Assembly (NCBI RefSeq): GCF_006345805.1
Contig: NC_042999.1
Span: 94,178,001 to 94,242,000, forward strand
Length of the DNA stretch: 64,000 bases
Direction of reading: 5' to 3'
Source of the DNA: Octopus sinensis
Taxonomy: Eukaryota
In this document: positions 1 through 14,436 of the stretch, piece after piece
Layout of the letters: each line of letters opens with the position of its first letter
Numbering within the stretch: the first letter of the stretch is position 1
Notes under the pieces: model-generated
The model's database searches: none
The model's input: only the letters and a program-made list of their open reading frames with translations
Told to the model about the DNA's origin: nothing
Made by a program: the position numbers and the translations under genes

Positions 1-353
1 GAAAATAGCATCTGAGCAACTACTAGCGAATCTCATACAAGTGATGTTATTCTGAAAATTAATTTCTCGGGGATAATTTACGCGTTTCGTGAAAGATGTT
101 CTTGGTCGATTATTTCATGCAAAACTTTTGATATATTTACCATTTGTCGTTCACATAGAATACTTTATCAAATTTGAAGGTACTTGATGTGGATTATTAA
201 ACTTAAATAGATAAATATATATATTTAGGTAGTGTCATTTGAATGATTCAGAAGTAAAATTATCTGAAGTGAACATTTCATATAGACGAATCACGTGGTA
301 TTTGATATATGTGTGAATGTGTGTGTGTGCACGTGTACGTGCGTATGTGTATG

Positions 354-405
<52 letters not shown>

Positions 406-1807
406 ATGTGGAAATTTGTTGTGGAAAATACACCTACATTTGAAAAGCTTGTAATTGTTTCAATTTAATTTATTTATAAATGTTTTTTCTAATTCATAAT
501 TCCAAATGTTTATCATTGATAAACAACATACATTGTTAAAGCTATTTTGCTATTTATGTAAATAAATCTATTTCAAACAATTACACGTTTTCCAGATTTA
601 GGTGCATTTTGAAGAACAAATTTGCCTATTTTCCCTGCGAAAAATACACTCTTTAACATTGGATATATATGTATATATATATATATAATATATATATATA
701 TATATAACCAATGTACAACTCGCGAAAATAGTTTCAAGAAATATATAATCCTGGCGGTTACCCTGTTAACTCTTAGATCGGTTCTCAATGCCGTCTAGCC
801 ACGAATGAATAAATAAATAAAATAAATAATCATCTTTTGTTATAAACAATTAATCATGTATTATAGTATTAGAATAGAAATATTTAGTATCTCTGTAGGA
901 AAAACAGGATTGTCTAATTTCGTATTTACCCGTGCTATTTAGTATACTAGTTGTAAACATTCATATCAAAAGATAGATTGTCAATTAGTTGTTTCTACCA
1001 TATAACCATGTGTCAAGGTTTGTCAATCAATGGATTTCAAGCTATAACCATCCAGAGTTTTAGAGAAAACTAGCGCTGCATTATCTAGTGCATCTTTCTC
1101 GTATTTAAGAGAGTGAGTTGTGGTTCGGAGGAGTGTTGTTCGCAGCTGCTACATGGGCAATTTAAAATCATTTTGTCATAGAATGGTACATAGATCAATG
1201 GCTATTGTGTCTTTATGTGTTTATTCTGATCAGGAAGACATACATCATTCTTCATGATGCATCGTTCTTTACACCAAAGATTACGCTGTCCAACCTGCCC
1301 ATGTTCAATTTAAATTGTATACTCTGAGTGAATGCTCATTTATAAAAGGCCGAGTGAAAGCATAGGGACTACTTTTAATCTGAAGAAGTAAGAAACTTTA
1401 TGTACCTTAACATGGTATCATTGTGCCATTTACATTGTGTAAGTTATTCAATCAAGAATACAATACTTTACTTTTTTTTAAATGTTAAATTCATAAGCGA
1501 GTATCATTAACAGCTCACACTGTAAGTAAAGAAAATCAATATTCGATAAAATATAAGCAATTTGATATTGTTCTGTCAGTTATAGAGAGGAATGACAATT
1601 TAAGATGAAACATTTAATTACAATTTCTTCTCACCAACCGTAAAATGCTGTCTGCCAAAAATATTCTGGCTAGTATAGTTGAACTTAGCATAAAATATTA
1701 TTTAATCAATAAGAGATGTACAAACAAGCGATCAGAGCCATCTACTAAAATGTGCATTTAGATACATAAAAATATTCTATGACATTGTAAGTATATATAT
1801 ATATATA

Positions 1808-1898
<91 letters not shown>

Positions 1899-2074
1899 AT
1901 ATATATATAATATATATATATATGTATATATATATATGTATATATATATATATTATGCATTCTTCTATACATGTTTCTGCCTTTCTGTTCTATTCTGTGT
2001 TGGAGTTTGCCGAGCCGTGCCAATATAATGTATTATAAATATAGTAATAATAATAATTATAATTATAATAATAC

Positions 2075-2498
2075 ATAGATGGCATTTATAATTGTTTTAT
2101 GAATTGCTACGCACGTTTCCACACGTCACATAGTCAGCATTCCTAAGATGATTACAATACAATCCGTAGTATCCATGAATATCGGTTAGATAATATTCAT
2201 GCATTCATTTCTTCAGGCGATGTGGCATTAATGTTGGAAGCGGCGAATGTATAACTGGCGGTTGTTAGTCAATTTTGACCAATGAAGATGTAGATTAGCA
2301 TATGCGAGCAGTTCTGTGTGTATTTATGCGGAGGAGTCGGAGCTAATTGGAAGAGAGAAAGGAATGCTACCTAAAAAGAAGACGTAGGTGTGTGTGGTGA
2401 TGTTAAAGTTATTTTGATTATTTAAGTATATGTCAGGATCGGTAGTATAGTTCGTTGCTTTGACCATAGCCACAGCAGGCGCCCCCTCAGTGAACTCA
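2075..2498 (-). mobile_element. Penelope-like terminal remnant
   Basis: Same layout as 54700-55260 with a long-stem-II hammerhead motif; bounded by (ATT)n. Coding similarity is weak. Confidence 0.55.
2103..2221 (-). ncRNA. Hammerhead motif with very long stem II region
   Basis: ATCGC CTGAAGA, about 90 nt including the CATGAATAT/ATATTCATG hairpin, GAAA CGTGCG TA GCAAT. Confidence 0.45.
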
Positions 2499-2499
2499 G

Positions 2500-2567
<68 letters not shown>

Positions 2568-3686
2568 ACACACAGGGGAAAGTAAAGAAGCAGTAGTACA
2601 CGAATAAGGCGTGTAACATTTACACACATTAATAAACCTAAACCATATACTGATTTATGCGAGTTGCAGCGATAAGATTTTAAAATGGAGAGCAAAATAT
2701 ATTCAGCATCTGACGTGGTTAAAGACCCATGCTTGCCCACAGAAAAGGACACCATAGCCACTACTGCCATCAAACTATTGTACATACAATGCATGTTACA
2801 ACGCAGAATAGGAAACATTCATTCATACCTGAGGCAGAGCACAAGCAAAAAGGTATCTACATAGAAATATAGCCCGTGCAGAGATACACTTAGCAATGGA
2901 CGTTATGTTTTTTTATAGACAGAAAAGTATGAAATTGTGGTTGACAGACTTCCGTGAAGAAGTCATGCAATTAATCATTTGACACATACAAACTCAGGTT
3001 ATGGATAACACACTACTAATGCTTATAATAACAGAATACATAATCGGGAGATGCTATTTTAAAATCATGAAATACCATTCTTAAAGCAGACAGCATTATT
3101 AGCGCTGAGCCATCTATAAGAGCGCTAAAACTGGGAAAATGATAAACTGATATTCAGAAAAACTGTGAAGACTATAATATTCAAGCAAATTGACTGACTA
3201 CGTTTAACATTTATAAGAAGTAAAATATGTATATATAACACTTATAGGAAGTAAAATATGTATTTATAACGGATTAATGGCGTAGACATTTTATCAGTAT
3301 TGATATTGGAATGCCTTGAAGGAAATGTTTGATTAAAGTTAAAATATGATTACTAGTTTTTCTGACTTTTGAAATAATTTCCATGTATTTCTGAAAAACT
3401 CTCAAGCAGTTGTTTAGAAGCAACGAATAACGTCATTAACTCGTTGGCACAAAACTAACAGATACCTTTTAAAGGAGTTCGCAAATCGATTACATCAATT
3501 ACCATACTTACTTTTTTCATCAACCGAAAAGAATAACAAGCAAAGTTGAACTCATTGGTATTTAAAATCAAAGCTTAAAGAACTAGAAAAATGCCGATAA
3601 TTATTTTGTTCGAGGATAAACATTTTCCCGATATATATATATATATTGGAAGGTTTGGAGATGATGTACAGGTATTATTTCTTCTA

Positions 3687-3718
<32 letters not shown>

Positions 3719-4119
3719 CCGTACACGCACATACATACACACACACACACAAATACACACACGCATAGAGAATAGACATGGGCGCGCGTATGTAGCGGTC
3801 AGTGTAGTTTTTGTATATATAACGGAATGGGGTGTATGACGGAATACGCAAGAAATTTATCTTCTACGTAGGTTTACATATATCATATCATAGCTTGATA
3901 CTGTATAGACAGAGATTCCCATTGACAGGTCGGTAACATTAAACCAATATTTATATACTAATATCAAGATTTAAATACTAATAATATGCAAGTTCTTTGC
4001 TTCAGTTCTCTAAACCTTCAAGATTTGTTTTTTACACAAACGAATGGTCCACCTTTTCCTGGGTTGAGAAACAAACAAGATTCGAAAATCGATTAAGGTT
4101 GTTCATCATACTTTCCAAA

Positions 4120-4235
4120 CTAGTGTATGTGTTTGTCACCCACCATCACTTGACAACCGATGTTGCTGTGTTAAGTTCCCGTAAATTAGCGGCTCGACAA
4201 AGAGACCGATAGAAAGTACAAGGCTTCCGAAGAAT
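4120..4235 (+). mobile_element. SINE family 1, 3' half fragment
   Basis: CCATCACTTGACAACCGATG...AGAGACCGATAGAA matches the reverse complement of 22710-22800. Confidence 0.7.
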
Positions 4236-4237
4236 TA

Positions 4238-4300
<63 letters not shown>

Positions 4301-4621
4301 ATACAGAGAGAGAGTGTGTGTGTGTGTGTATGTGTGTGTGTATGTGTGTGTGTGTTTGTATGTGTGTGTGTCTGTATTTGAAGTGGTGAAAGATATTGTA
4401 TATTAAGGAGGCAGTAGGATGTTTGGATAATTGTTTTTCCTTGCGCTTTCGTTCGTTTAACCGAAATCTTCAAGATAATAAAATCATCTTGATGAACTTG
4501 GTTACACGAAGGAAAGCGCTAATAAAGTATTATCCAAAATTCTGACTGCCTCCATCGTTATATTTATACATACAAACACACACATTCACGCACACACATA
4601 CACACACGCACGCACACACAT

Positions 4622-4654
<33 letters not shown>

Positions 4655-4963
4655 AACCTACACTTGTGTATATGTACACGTTGGTGCGTGTAGTCATACG
4701 TAATCTTTTTTCTAATATGTATGTTAATTTCTTTAATGCCAAACTGAGATTTAAAAAATATTTCATATCATGTCGAAATTCCAAACAGAATTTCTTTAAA
4801 AATCTTCTACATGCACCAACTGATGATCTAACTTTTAGACAAATACATACGGTTAGATTTTTTCTCAGCAATGTACAAGCTTCGTTGTTTCTTGAGAAGA
4901 ATCATCTATTGAAAAGTCAGAGAACTCAATATATTAACATCTATATTAAAAAATCTGGATATA

Positions 4964-5126
4964 GGCGTAGGAGTAGCTGTGTTATAAGTAGGACGCTTAC
5001 CAACAACATGGTTCTGGGTTCAGACTCACAGCGTGACACGTTGGGCAAATCCCTTGTGCTATAGCCTCGGACTAAGCAAAGCCTCATGAGTTGATTTGGT
5101 AGACGGAAACTGAAATAAGTCTTTCG

Positions 5127-5127
<1 letters not shown>
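4964..5127 (+). mobile_element. tRNA-type SINE family 1, 5' half
   Basis: GGCGTAGGAGTAGCTGTG head, GGTTCAGACTC B-box-like motif, TTTGGTAGACGGAAACTGAAA block; homologous to copies at 9583, 14520 and 22616. Confidence 0.8.
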
Positions 5128-5160
<33 letters not shown>

Positions 5161-5322
5161 CATATATATATATTCTCTCTCCTTGTTTCTTCTGTGTTCC
5201 TTTCTGTAGAAGAACGTAGGCTCGAAGCGTAAAATACTTCTTCTATTCCCGAGAGTTATAATAATACATCTGTTTGTTTTGTACACCACCTGTCTTCATC
5301 CATTGTTTTTTTCGTAAACTCT

Positions 5323-5377
<55 letters not shown>

Positions 5378-8300
5378 TGAAATGGATAAATGAATTATCT
5401 TGTTACGGATTATTCAAAATTTAACCGATACCTGTGTAGCAAAAATCACACCAGAAAAGACACGGTTGAGGTTACGACCATGGGGTTTCGACCCCGTGCT
5501 TTAGCGCGGATAATTGAAGTTTTATATAAAATATATATATATATTTATATAATATATATATATATATACATGCACGTACGATATACGATAAGAAATTGTT
5601 GCAGCATCACTTAGTCTTTGCATAGTGAATTCTGATGTGTCTCCACTCTGGTAAATGTGTAAAAAAAACTATTATATATATTTACTTCTAATAATTATAT
5701 ATTCCGACTTATTTTGCTCCACTTGAATGCTAACCAAGCAGAGCTATGTTTGAAACATTCTAGCGATGACAATTCCATTTGCTTTGTAATATTTCGAATT
5801 GAATTGTTATGAAGCATTTTATTATTTATGAATATATGGTGGTTGTGCTTGAGATCTAACTCCTTGTTTTAACAATTCTTGTGATCACATACTGGCTTGA
5901 CTGTAGAAAAAGGAAAAGTTTACCATGTCTGTGGAGTTAAATGAAGAATACAAAATACCATGCTGCCCAAATCTCATAGCACTTTTACGTTGCATGCGAG
6001 TAATTGTTACATTAACACCTGTCTTTCAAACTAAATTTCACATTGTGAAATTTCATTAGGCGAACATTTTTGCGAATTAAAACACTTTCAAAATGTCAAT
6101 GTGAAAATATTTACTCTAGAGTAGAAAAAGTTACATCAAGTACCGAATTTTCAGCTTAAGCTCAATAATTGTATGCCTGAGAAATATATGTTAACTCTTC
6201 TAATAAGTTCTCACCTACATAATTTATTGATAGATATGTTTTTCATCGTAATGCCATGTTGTTAATATTGTTGTGTCAATCGACATTGTTGTTGTTTTTG
6301 TTGTTATGGTTGTTTAACATTAGGTCAACCCTGATTCTGTAGATCGATGACCGAAGGCGTTCCAACGGTTGCAATCGTTTTTCCTCTTTTCGTTTTTTTT
6401 CAAATTAGCGGCTTTGATTTCTCGATTTCTTGCATATCCTTGTATTTAATACCAAGTATACTCTGATTGGGCTAATGATGAATGACACTGCTGCAATATT
6501 TACTCCCTCATTCACTCGAACATAGCTAATATTTTAGTACAGTAAACAATATTTCTTCTAATTTTAGATGATATAGTGTAATTTCTGTGTGATGTGGCTA
6601 CTACTTGTAGTAGGTCAAATAGTCATGTAGCGGTCACCCTCGCTGAAAGCAGTATCATGACAAGGTGATAGGATACAATTTCCAACCTTTTACCTGGTGA
6701 CATACTAAGCATTACATCAATGACTCTAAATGAAGATGCCATAATACGTTTGAAGTTTGAAATTACGAATTTCATTAAGATGTTAAATGTTAAATTAATT
6801 AAAGATAATTATTAGTCAGTTATTAATTGAATTAATAGGTAACATAAAGGAAACTAATTCACTTTATGTGCTGATGAGGTGTTTTCTATTGTGTATGTTT
6901 AAACATATATTGACAACACAATCATACTCATGTATGTGATGTTTTCATCAAAGAAACTAGTGCTTTGTAAGAGGGAGTCTCTCACAATCTTTCTGTGATT
7001 ATGTGTGGGTGAATGTGTGCTTGTTCGTGTATGTGTGTGTGCGTGTTTCATTAAATTGTTTCAGAAAAGTCACAAGACTTTGAGGAAGCTGTGTTCTCAA
7101 AATACCCAATCAACGCCGAGTTCGTCACGGCACCGGGGTCGAATATTCCAAATATAAAAGCGCATTAATTATATCAATTATAATTATAAATGTGGTATAT
7201 AATATTTTAAATCAATTATATGAGAATATATTTCTCGTAGATATATTACGTAATGTTTTCATGAATTATATAAAGGAAAATATATCTATTATGTAATGAA
7301 TAAAATAATAAAAGTAATCAAACACCAACAAATCAGAATTTTCTTATAGCATTGCAAGCACACAAAAAGTGTGTATTGAATATATTTTGAACGTTTACCC
7401 AGCAAATATTCTTATGGCAAATTTACTCATTATGTAAGTTCTACTTGCTGTTTTTTTTCGAAAGACTTTAACCCGATTTTGGAAGCTGTCTTCATAACCA
7501 TCTTGCGTTCGAGGACTTTATTTTCTGTAGAATACGGTCAAACTCGGCGCTTGTAAGTGTACTATATATCTATATTAACAGTTAATCTGTAAATGGAGCT
7601 TATGTTAGAACACTGAATACTGCATTATTAGCCTAAAGAGTTTCTCGTCTCCCATAGGTGCTTGGTGCATAAAAGCACTCACATAGATAGTAGCAGATGA
7701 AATTCGTCTGTCAAGTTGGCCCTGTGATATTAATTCCACTTCCGTCGCTAATGCATGTATGTATGTGTACACACACACTCACACATACCTATATAACATA
7801 CATGCATACAAAAAAAAAACCCATACAATAAACCAACTGATTTAGGCATTACAAATTCAATCTACGTTAAAACTCTGCAAGACTTTTCTCAATTTTCAAA
7901 TGCAACATTGTCTTCGTTATCAACATTCCATAGATGGAGCTTCGTATCTTTGTTAGAAACCATCTCTTTCTTCAGAGAAAGAATTTAAATAATTGAAGAC
8001 AGAAGATTCATACATACATCATCTTGTAGTGATTATATATGATACTACGAAGTTTAGTATTCCTGAATACTGATCCCTCGTAATAGTAGTACAAAATAGT
8101 ATTACATACCTAGGGTTTAGAACAATGTAGCTGTCCTATCAAATAATATTAGTATTGGTTTTAAGGGTAAGATATTTCGAAATATTTCATTCAAAATGTT
8201 AAATATTAAGAACATACAGCTAAGTTTCTGGGAATATCTACAATTTACAGATATAAGTTTATGATGAAGAAACGCTAATGAATTAAGCTTCACCATGGCT

Positions 8301-8410
8301 GTAGTGTATCGTGCAGTTATTAGTAAACAAGATAGATTAACGATTCAGATTCTGTATTATATTAATATACAACCCAGGACGAAACAAGGTATCATCTTCA
8401 CAACACCTGC

Positions 8411-8479
<69 letters not shown>

Positions 8480-9582
8480 CTTGGCTTCTTTCTCGTATAC
8501 GATTCAACATTCAACATTCAATCATGTAATGTTATCATATAACCAGTGTTTTCCTAAATTTCAATGGAACTTCCGGAGAGGTTACCGTTAATAAATGTTG
8601 CTAATCTATAGCTTTGATGTTCTACAGAATAAGACTTTTTCAGTTTTGCCTAACCTGTTCAGCTTTTCATTTCTGTTTGGCCAACAATTTCCCAATTCCT
8701 GTTAAATACAAAAGCATATATTTTAAAATTTCTGTCATAATGGCATACCTGTTTTGCATATTTTGCTGATGTGTTTATGATGATGAAGGTGTCAGTGACG
8801 TTTCGATGTTTTGAAATTAATTTTCAACTTACCTGCATTTTGTCTGCATACGGCATTTACATTTAGTTTGGGATGGATTAGATTGGATGGCATGCATTGT
8901 AGTTAATTGATTTAGCATTGTATGATTAACAAAATATTTGTACTCTTTAATTTATATTGTTTTATTTTTCTTATATTTACTACAATTGCAACTTGGTCTT
9001 GAATTAATTGTAGTAAATATTAGTATGTTTATATGTTTTATATGGAAATATTTGATAACATCTGCTATTTTATTGTATAATGACTTTCTATGGAAAGAAG
9101 ATAACGGTTGTATACGAATATCTATGATAAAACTCTAGCAAAATTGCACGATTAACAGTCCATATCTGAGGGTGTTTCAGTTAAATAGGTATTGCGTTAT
9201 CTGCAACAAAGTAATCTGCATAACACATATTTCAGCGTTCCAAATTACAAGTTTCCTTATATATCTGGAAAACTAATTTCTTTTTACCTTCGGGATAGCT
9301 GTTGCTATTACATGCTGTTGCAATTTCAATTGTGGTTAACGAGGAAATTGTTATATATCACTAAAGAGAGGCTATAACGTAGAGGGAGAAATACATACAT
9401 ACATACATATATACATACATACCTACATACATACAAACACACATACATACATACATACACACAAATACACACATACACACGCACACATACTCATATATAT
9501 ATACATACATATTTATATGTGCATAGATAGACATATATACATATTCATGCAAATACATATAAACACATATATGTACTTTTAT

Positions 9583-9790
9583 TTCTTTACTTTGTCTCAA
9601 TTGTTTGTTTTCGGCTATGCTAGAGCACCCACTTAAAGGGTTTTAGTCAAAGAAATCGACCCCAGGGCATACTCTTTTTAAGCGTTGTACTAATTCGATC
9701 AGTAAACACATACCTGTGAGGCAATGGTGATGGAACAAATATAGTCACACACATATAAATATATGTATGCACACACACACATAAAAGTAC

Positions 9791-9860
<70 letters not shown>

Positions 9861-9997
9861 TGTATGTATGTGTGTATGTATGCACTCACAAGGCCTCGGT
9901 CGGCCTGAGGTTATAGTCAAAACACTCGGTCAAAATGAAGTGGGACCGAAACTGGAACCATGTTATTGGGAAGCAAGCTTCTCACAACACCTGCGAC
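9583..9997 (-). mobile_element. SINE family 1 copy with expanded internal microsatellite
   Basis: Shares ATCGACCCC, CAAGGCCTCGGTCGGCCTGAGGTTATAG and GGAACCATGT blocks with 22616-22980. Confidence 0.75.
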
Positions 9998-10034
9998 TAT
10001 ATATAAATATAAACATGCACACATATACACACAC

Positions 10035-10073
<39 letters not shown>

Positions 10074-12014
10074 CATACATATATATATCTATATATATAT
10101 GTATATATATACATACATACTTATGTATATCTTTGTGTGAGACTGTATATGCCTGATATGTTCTAAAATCTCCTACTGTTGTGTATGTAAGACTATGGCT
10201 CATGGACTGAATTGTTGATGCTTCATCTGTAAATATGGTTTGCATGTTTGTCTTTCGCGGCACATATAATTATTCATAAATTATCAAGTAATATATAAAA
10301 CTTTATTGAGTCTCAGTTAATATTACGATATATTTGTTCGAGATAGGAAGGAAGAATACTTGTGTAAGAGGTCTAATCTATCTAATATCTGCAGCGGTCT
10401 GCCTAGCTTCTATATTCGTGGTGTATGAACTCATCTCATAAGTCTTCAAATCTGTTTTGAATATTATTTTTCTTTGCCTATTTCTTTCTCGTGTATCTTT
10501 AATATGTACTAAATAAAATTTTGAAAAGTAATTATCTTAAATATACTTAGTTTCATTTCATTAAGACGTGCAGCTAAGTGAAAAAACGCATGCCGAAATA
10601 AACTTGTACACTTGTTATTAGATCCTAATTGCGACCTGAGAAATCTACCTTCGTTCGTCAGTACAAATTTGAAACTGGAACTAGAATTTGCAGGTAATTC
10701 AGTATTACAAATGTAGAATTCCACCAGTTGTTCGTAGTAAAGGTTTTTACATCGTCGAGATATGCTAATTATATAATGCAAAATGAAGTGTTTTTTAAAA
10801 TCATTTTGCATGTATATTTAGATTTCTTGGCTGAAATGGGTTTCTGCTATTGCTCATAACCTAAGCCGAGAATTTATCTCGATAATTGTAGAAAGACTCT
10901 TCTAGACTGTTAACGAGCGTCTTACCTCTGTTTCAGGTCACGTGACATCGTTACAAATTCAGTGAACGCCGCCCCGAAGAGACGGAATTCTACAACTGGA
11001 TTAATAGAGTTGATCGTGAAAAAATCTTCTTTGTAATTACTCCCTTCACGGGAAACATTTCAGTTATTGTAACCAAGGGGACAATAAAATTTCTCTACTA
11101 AAAGCATGAGTTTCTCATAGTATTAAACTGCTAAGTAAAATTCAATTTACAGTTACTGCTGTTGCACAATTTACATACACTATTCCACTCCGTGCTTTAT
11201 TCACAAAGATATATAGAAACATATTTACATACACAAAAGTATATGTCATTTATGTGTATTTATGCGCATATATTTGTGCTAAAATTAAGTGAACATTGAA
11301 TTACTAGAAGCAATCTCATTTTATTTTTCCGGCCTCTCAGTTTAATTTATATCCTACTCTAAAATCGGTGTTCGATTAGTTTCGAAGAAATTTAAAAGTT
11401 TAGCCTTGAAGCTATAAAATTTCTTACAGTCTGGACGTTTATATCCTCTTTAGAAGTTCTGTAAGTAAGATCTCTATTGAAAAATATATCAAAATCACTC
11501 CTGTTTCAACACAGATTGACTCAATACAGAATAAGTTTAGATTTATCATATAGATGTAGGCTATCTAATTCGTTTCTATAGCACTTATAATATTTATTAC
11601 AGCTTAACGGAGTTAATATTAAATACCTGATATCGTTCAGTTTCTCATTTTTGCAATGATTTAGAATGAAAGGACATTGACGGGTAATTTTGGCTTCAAA
11701 TGATATACAGGAATGTGAGTCTTAAGGAATAAACGGTTTAGCAATTTACATATATATTGATGTATGGATGCTGCCTGATTAGACAGAATAGGCATGTTCT
11801 TATGTAAAGTTATATACAAGTAGTTTAATTATATTGTTATATTATTACGTGAAGGGAATTTATGTTGGTGCATCCAATACTGTATTTCGAAGTCAAAAAT
11901 AGAAGGGAAGCAAGAGGGTGGAAAATCTCTCAAAATAGTCAATACATTACAATACTTCTGCTACGAATATTACTTTATATTGTTAAAAATATTAATTAAT
12001 ATTTGTAGATGTAT

Positions 12015-12225
12015 GGGCACATAGCTTAGTGGTTCGGGCCTTGGACACATGATCCTAAGAATGTGGTTTCGATTCCTGGCCCGAGCGGTGCGTTCTTTTT
12101 GTGAGCAAACCACTTCATTTCATTTTGCTCTAATTTACACATTTGGTAAAAATTAAGTAATCTCCCGTCCAGGGAGGAATATATAACCTACAAAAACTTG
12201 GAAGCCAGCCTAATGCTCTTTAGGC
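12015..12225 (+). mobile_element. Degenerate tRNA-derived SINE (family 2-like head)
   Basis: TAGCTTAGTGG box A and GGTTTCGATTCC box B, similar to the copy at 41941. Confidence 0.75.
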
Positions 12226-12410
12226 AGTAATGTGAACTAACCAAGTTTTGTAGATATAGAAAGGAATATATTTCATGAAAAGTAAACGCACATTACCTGC
12301 TTAATGAATGTTTGACGAAAACGAAATAGAGTTCATTATGAGTTTTCTCAGGTTAATAAAATTATCACTTCAGTATGATAATTTAGTTACGTTATATGAA
12401 GCAAATTGCA

Positions 12411-12690
12411 AACGATGCCCCACTCACCATATTTATCGGGCAATGCCCCATCTGATTACCATTTATTCCGCAGTCTTCAAAATCATTTGGACGGAAAAAT
12501 ATGAATAGCGTAGGTCAGAACAGTACTGGGGGCGTAGTTTTCGTCAGGGCCAAATGAATTTTGGATGAAGTGCTTTGCAAATCTTCCAGATAGATGGACG
12601 CGCATTGTAGAAGTTTAATGCGAGTATATTGTAGATTAAAAAGGAACCTTGTTTATCCTAATTTTGAAAAGTAAAAGTATAAAAATAGTC
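12411..12690 (+). mobile_element. Mariner transposase C-terminal fragment
   Basis: Translates as MPHSPYLSGNAPSDYHLFRSLQNHLDGK and FW...NLPDRWTRIV...EYIVD*. Confidence 0.85.
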
Positions 12691-12975
12691 CGCGTGGTAA
12701 CATGGGTCTTCTAACGACAATGTAAACTTCATTTACTCAAGATACCCTTGGCCCTAAGAGTAACGTATCGTATATACCTCATTTGGGTATTTACTGCTTC
12801 CAAGTTTCCGCTAGCTATGATACATATATGGCTCGGGCTTTATGTATGCCATTCCTTAACTGCTCCTTATCGTTTACCTGTTTTACGTATTTGACTGCGG
12901 CTCCCCTGAGGCACATTCTTGTGATTTACCTTACATTTACTTCGCATTGTTTTGGCCTTACCCACGATCTCTTAT

Positions 12976-13007
<32 letters not shown>

Positions 13008-13013
<6 letters not shown>

Positions 13014-13514
13014 AATATTCTATAATTATAAACATATATAATTCTATAATTATAATTAGGGGTCAGCTAATTGCTTAAGCACGTACCGAATTTAGAAAAA
13101 AGAGTTCAAAATTCCTTTTCTACTACTGTAAGAATCTCCACGACAGTAACACACTTTTTTACATAGGCAAAGAGAAAAACAATGAATCAACACGACTCCG
13201 ATTAGCCACAGACTATGGTTAAATATGCATATTTGACCATAGCACTTTCAAATCTTATAACTGGGAATGCTACAATGAAGAGAGAAGTAAGTAATTTAAA
13301 ACACTTTAATCTCGAAACGCGTTTGTGGCTAATCGGTGTCGTGCTGATTCATTGTTTATCTCTTTGCCTACATGAAAAAGTGTGCTATTGTTGTGCAGAT
13401 TCTTACAGTAGTAGAAAAGGAATTTTTAACTCCTATTTCTAAATTTGGTATGTGGTGAAGCAATTAGCCGACCCCTAATTATAATTATATTCCTAATTAT
13501 AGAATATTTGTATA
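13008..13514. repeat. Long inverted repeat (arms about 13008-13213 and 13321-13514)
   Basis: Arms are reverse complements with scattered mismatches, e.g. TAATTAGGGGTCAGCTAATTGCTT / AAGCAATTAGCCGACCCCTAATTA. Confidence 0.95.
13269..13329 (+). ncRNA. Degenerate minimal type I hammerhead motif
   Basis: GCTACA [A]TGAAGA GAGA..TCTC GAAA CGCG TT TGTGGC; C3 is mutated to A. Confidence 0.6.
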
Positions 13515-13626
13515 ATTTTACCTATAAAGGTTATTCTAACATATCGATCTACTTGGTAAAATTATTGATTAATCGATTGATTAATTAATAAATTTAATTA
13601 ATTTTACCCTTTTATAATTAATTTAG

Positions 13627-13668
<42 letters not shown>

Positions 13669-14336
13669 TTAACCTCCTTGGTCCATGCTCGTACAAGTTG
13701 GACAGTTTGATAGGATCCGATGAAATGATGGACAATATAATTTCCAATGAATGCTTTCCCATGGTTTGTAAGGATACCCTTACTTACAGTAACCCATTTA
13801 CAGTGAGAAGACATATGAAACGAATATACAATCTGAAATTTAAAAGACAGCTATGTGACGCTGAATTAGTGTATAGCAACACGTAAGTATTAATATCGTG
13901 AGCCAATATGTTGCCAGTAATATAACGTCACTGTAATGTTCCAAAATATACCTCACACAACCTCAAGAGACTTTACCAGTTTATACGAATTATGATACAC
14001 TCTCTAAACTTGTTAAAGTCTCATGACTGGAATTAATGGGAGATGTATCGATACAAGAATCTCTAGTTTAAGCTGGTTAAATTTACAGACAACGCAAGCG
14101 ACACAGTTTAAATTTTTTCCAAGATGGACTTGTAAATAATTGTGAAGCCCGATACATTTTCGACAAATCCTTAAAACAGTCTATGAATAAGTACAATTTA
14201 TGAATATTTAACTATATGATGCCAGCATATATTCATGTATGTACGTATATGTACGCGTGCGTCTGCGTGTGCATGATGTATACATACATATGCCTACATA
14301 CATATACATATATACATTTATACAAACACACGTAGT

Positions 14337-14368
<32 letters not shown>

Positions 14369-14384
14369 CACATGTATGTACTTG

Positions 14385-14436
<52 letters not shown>

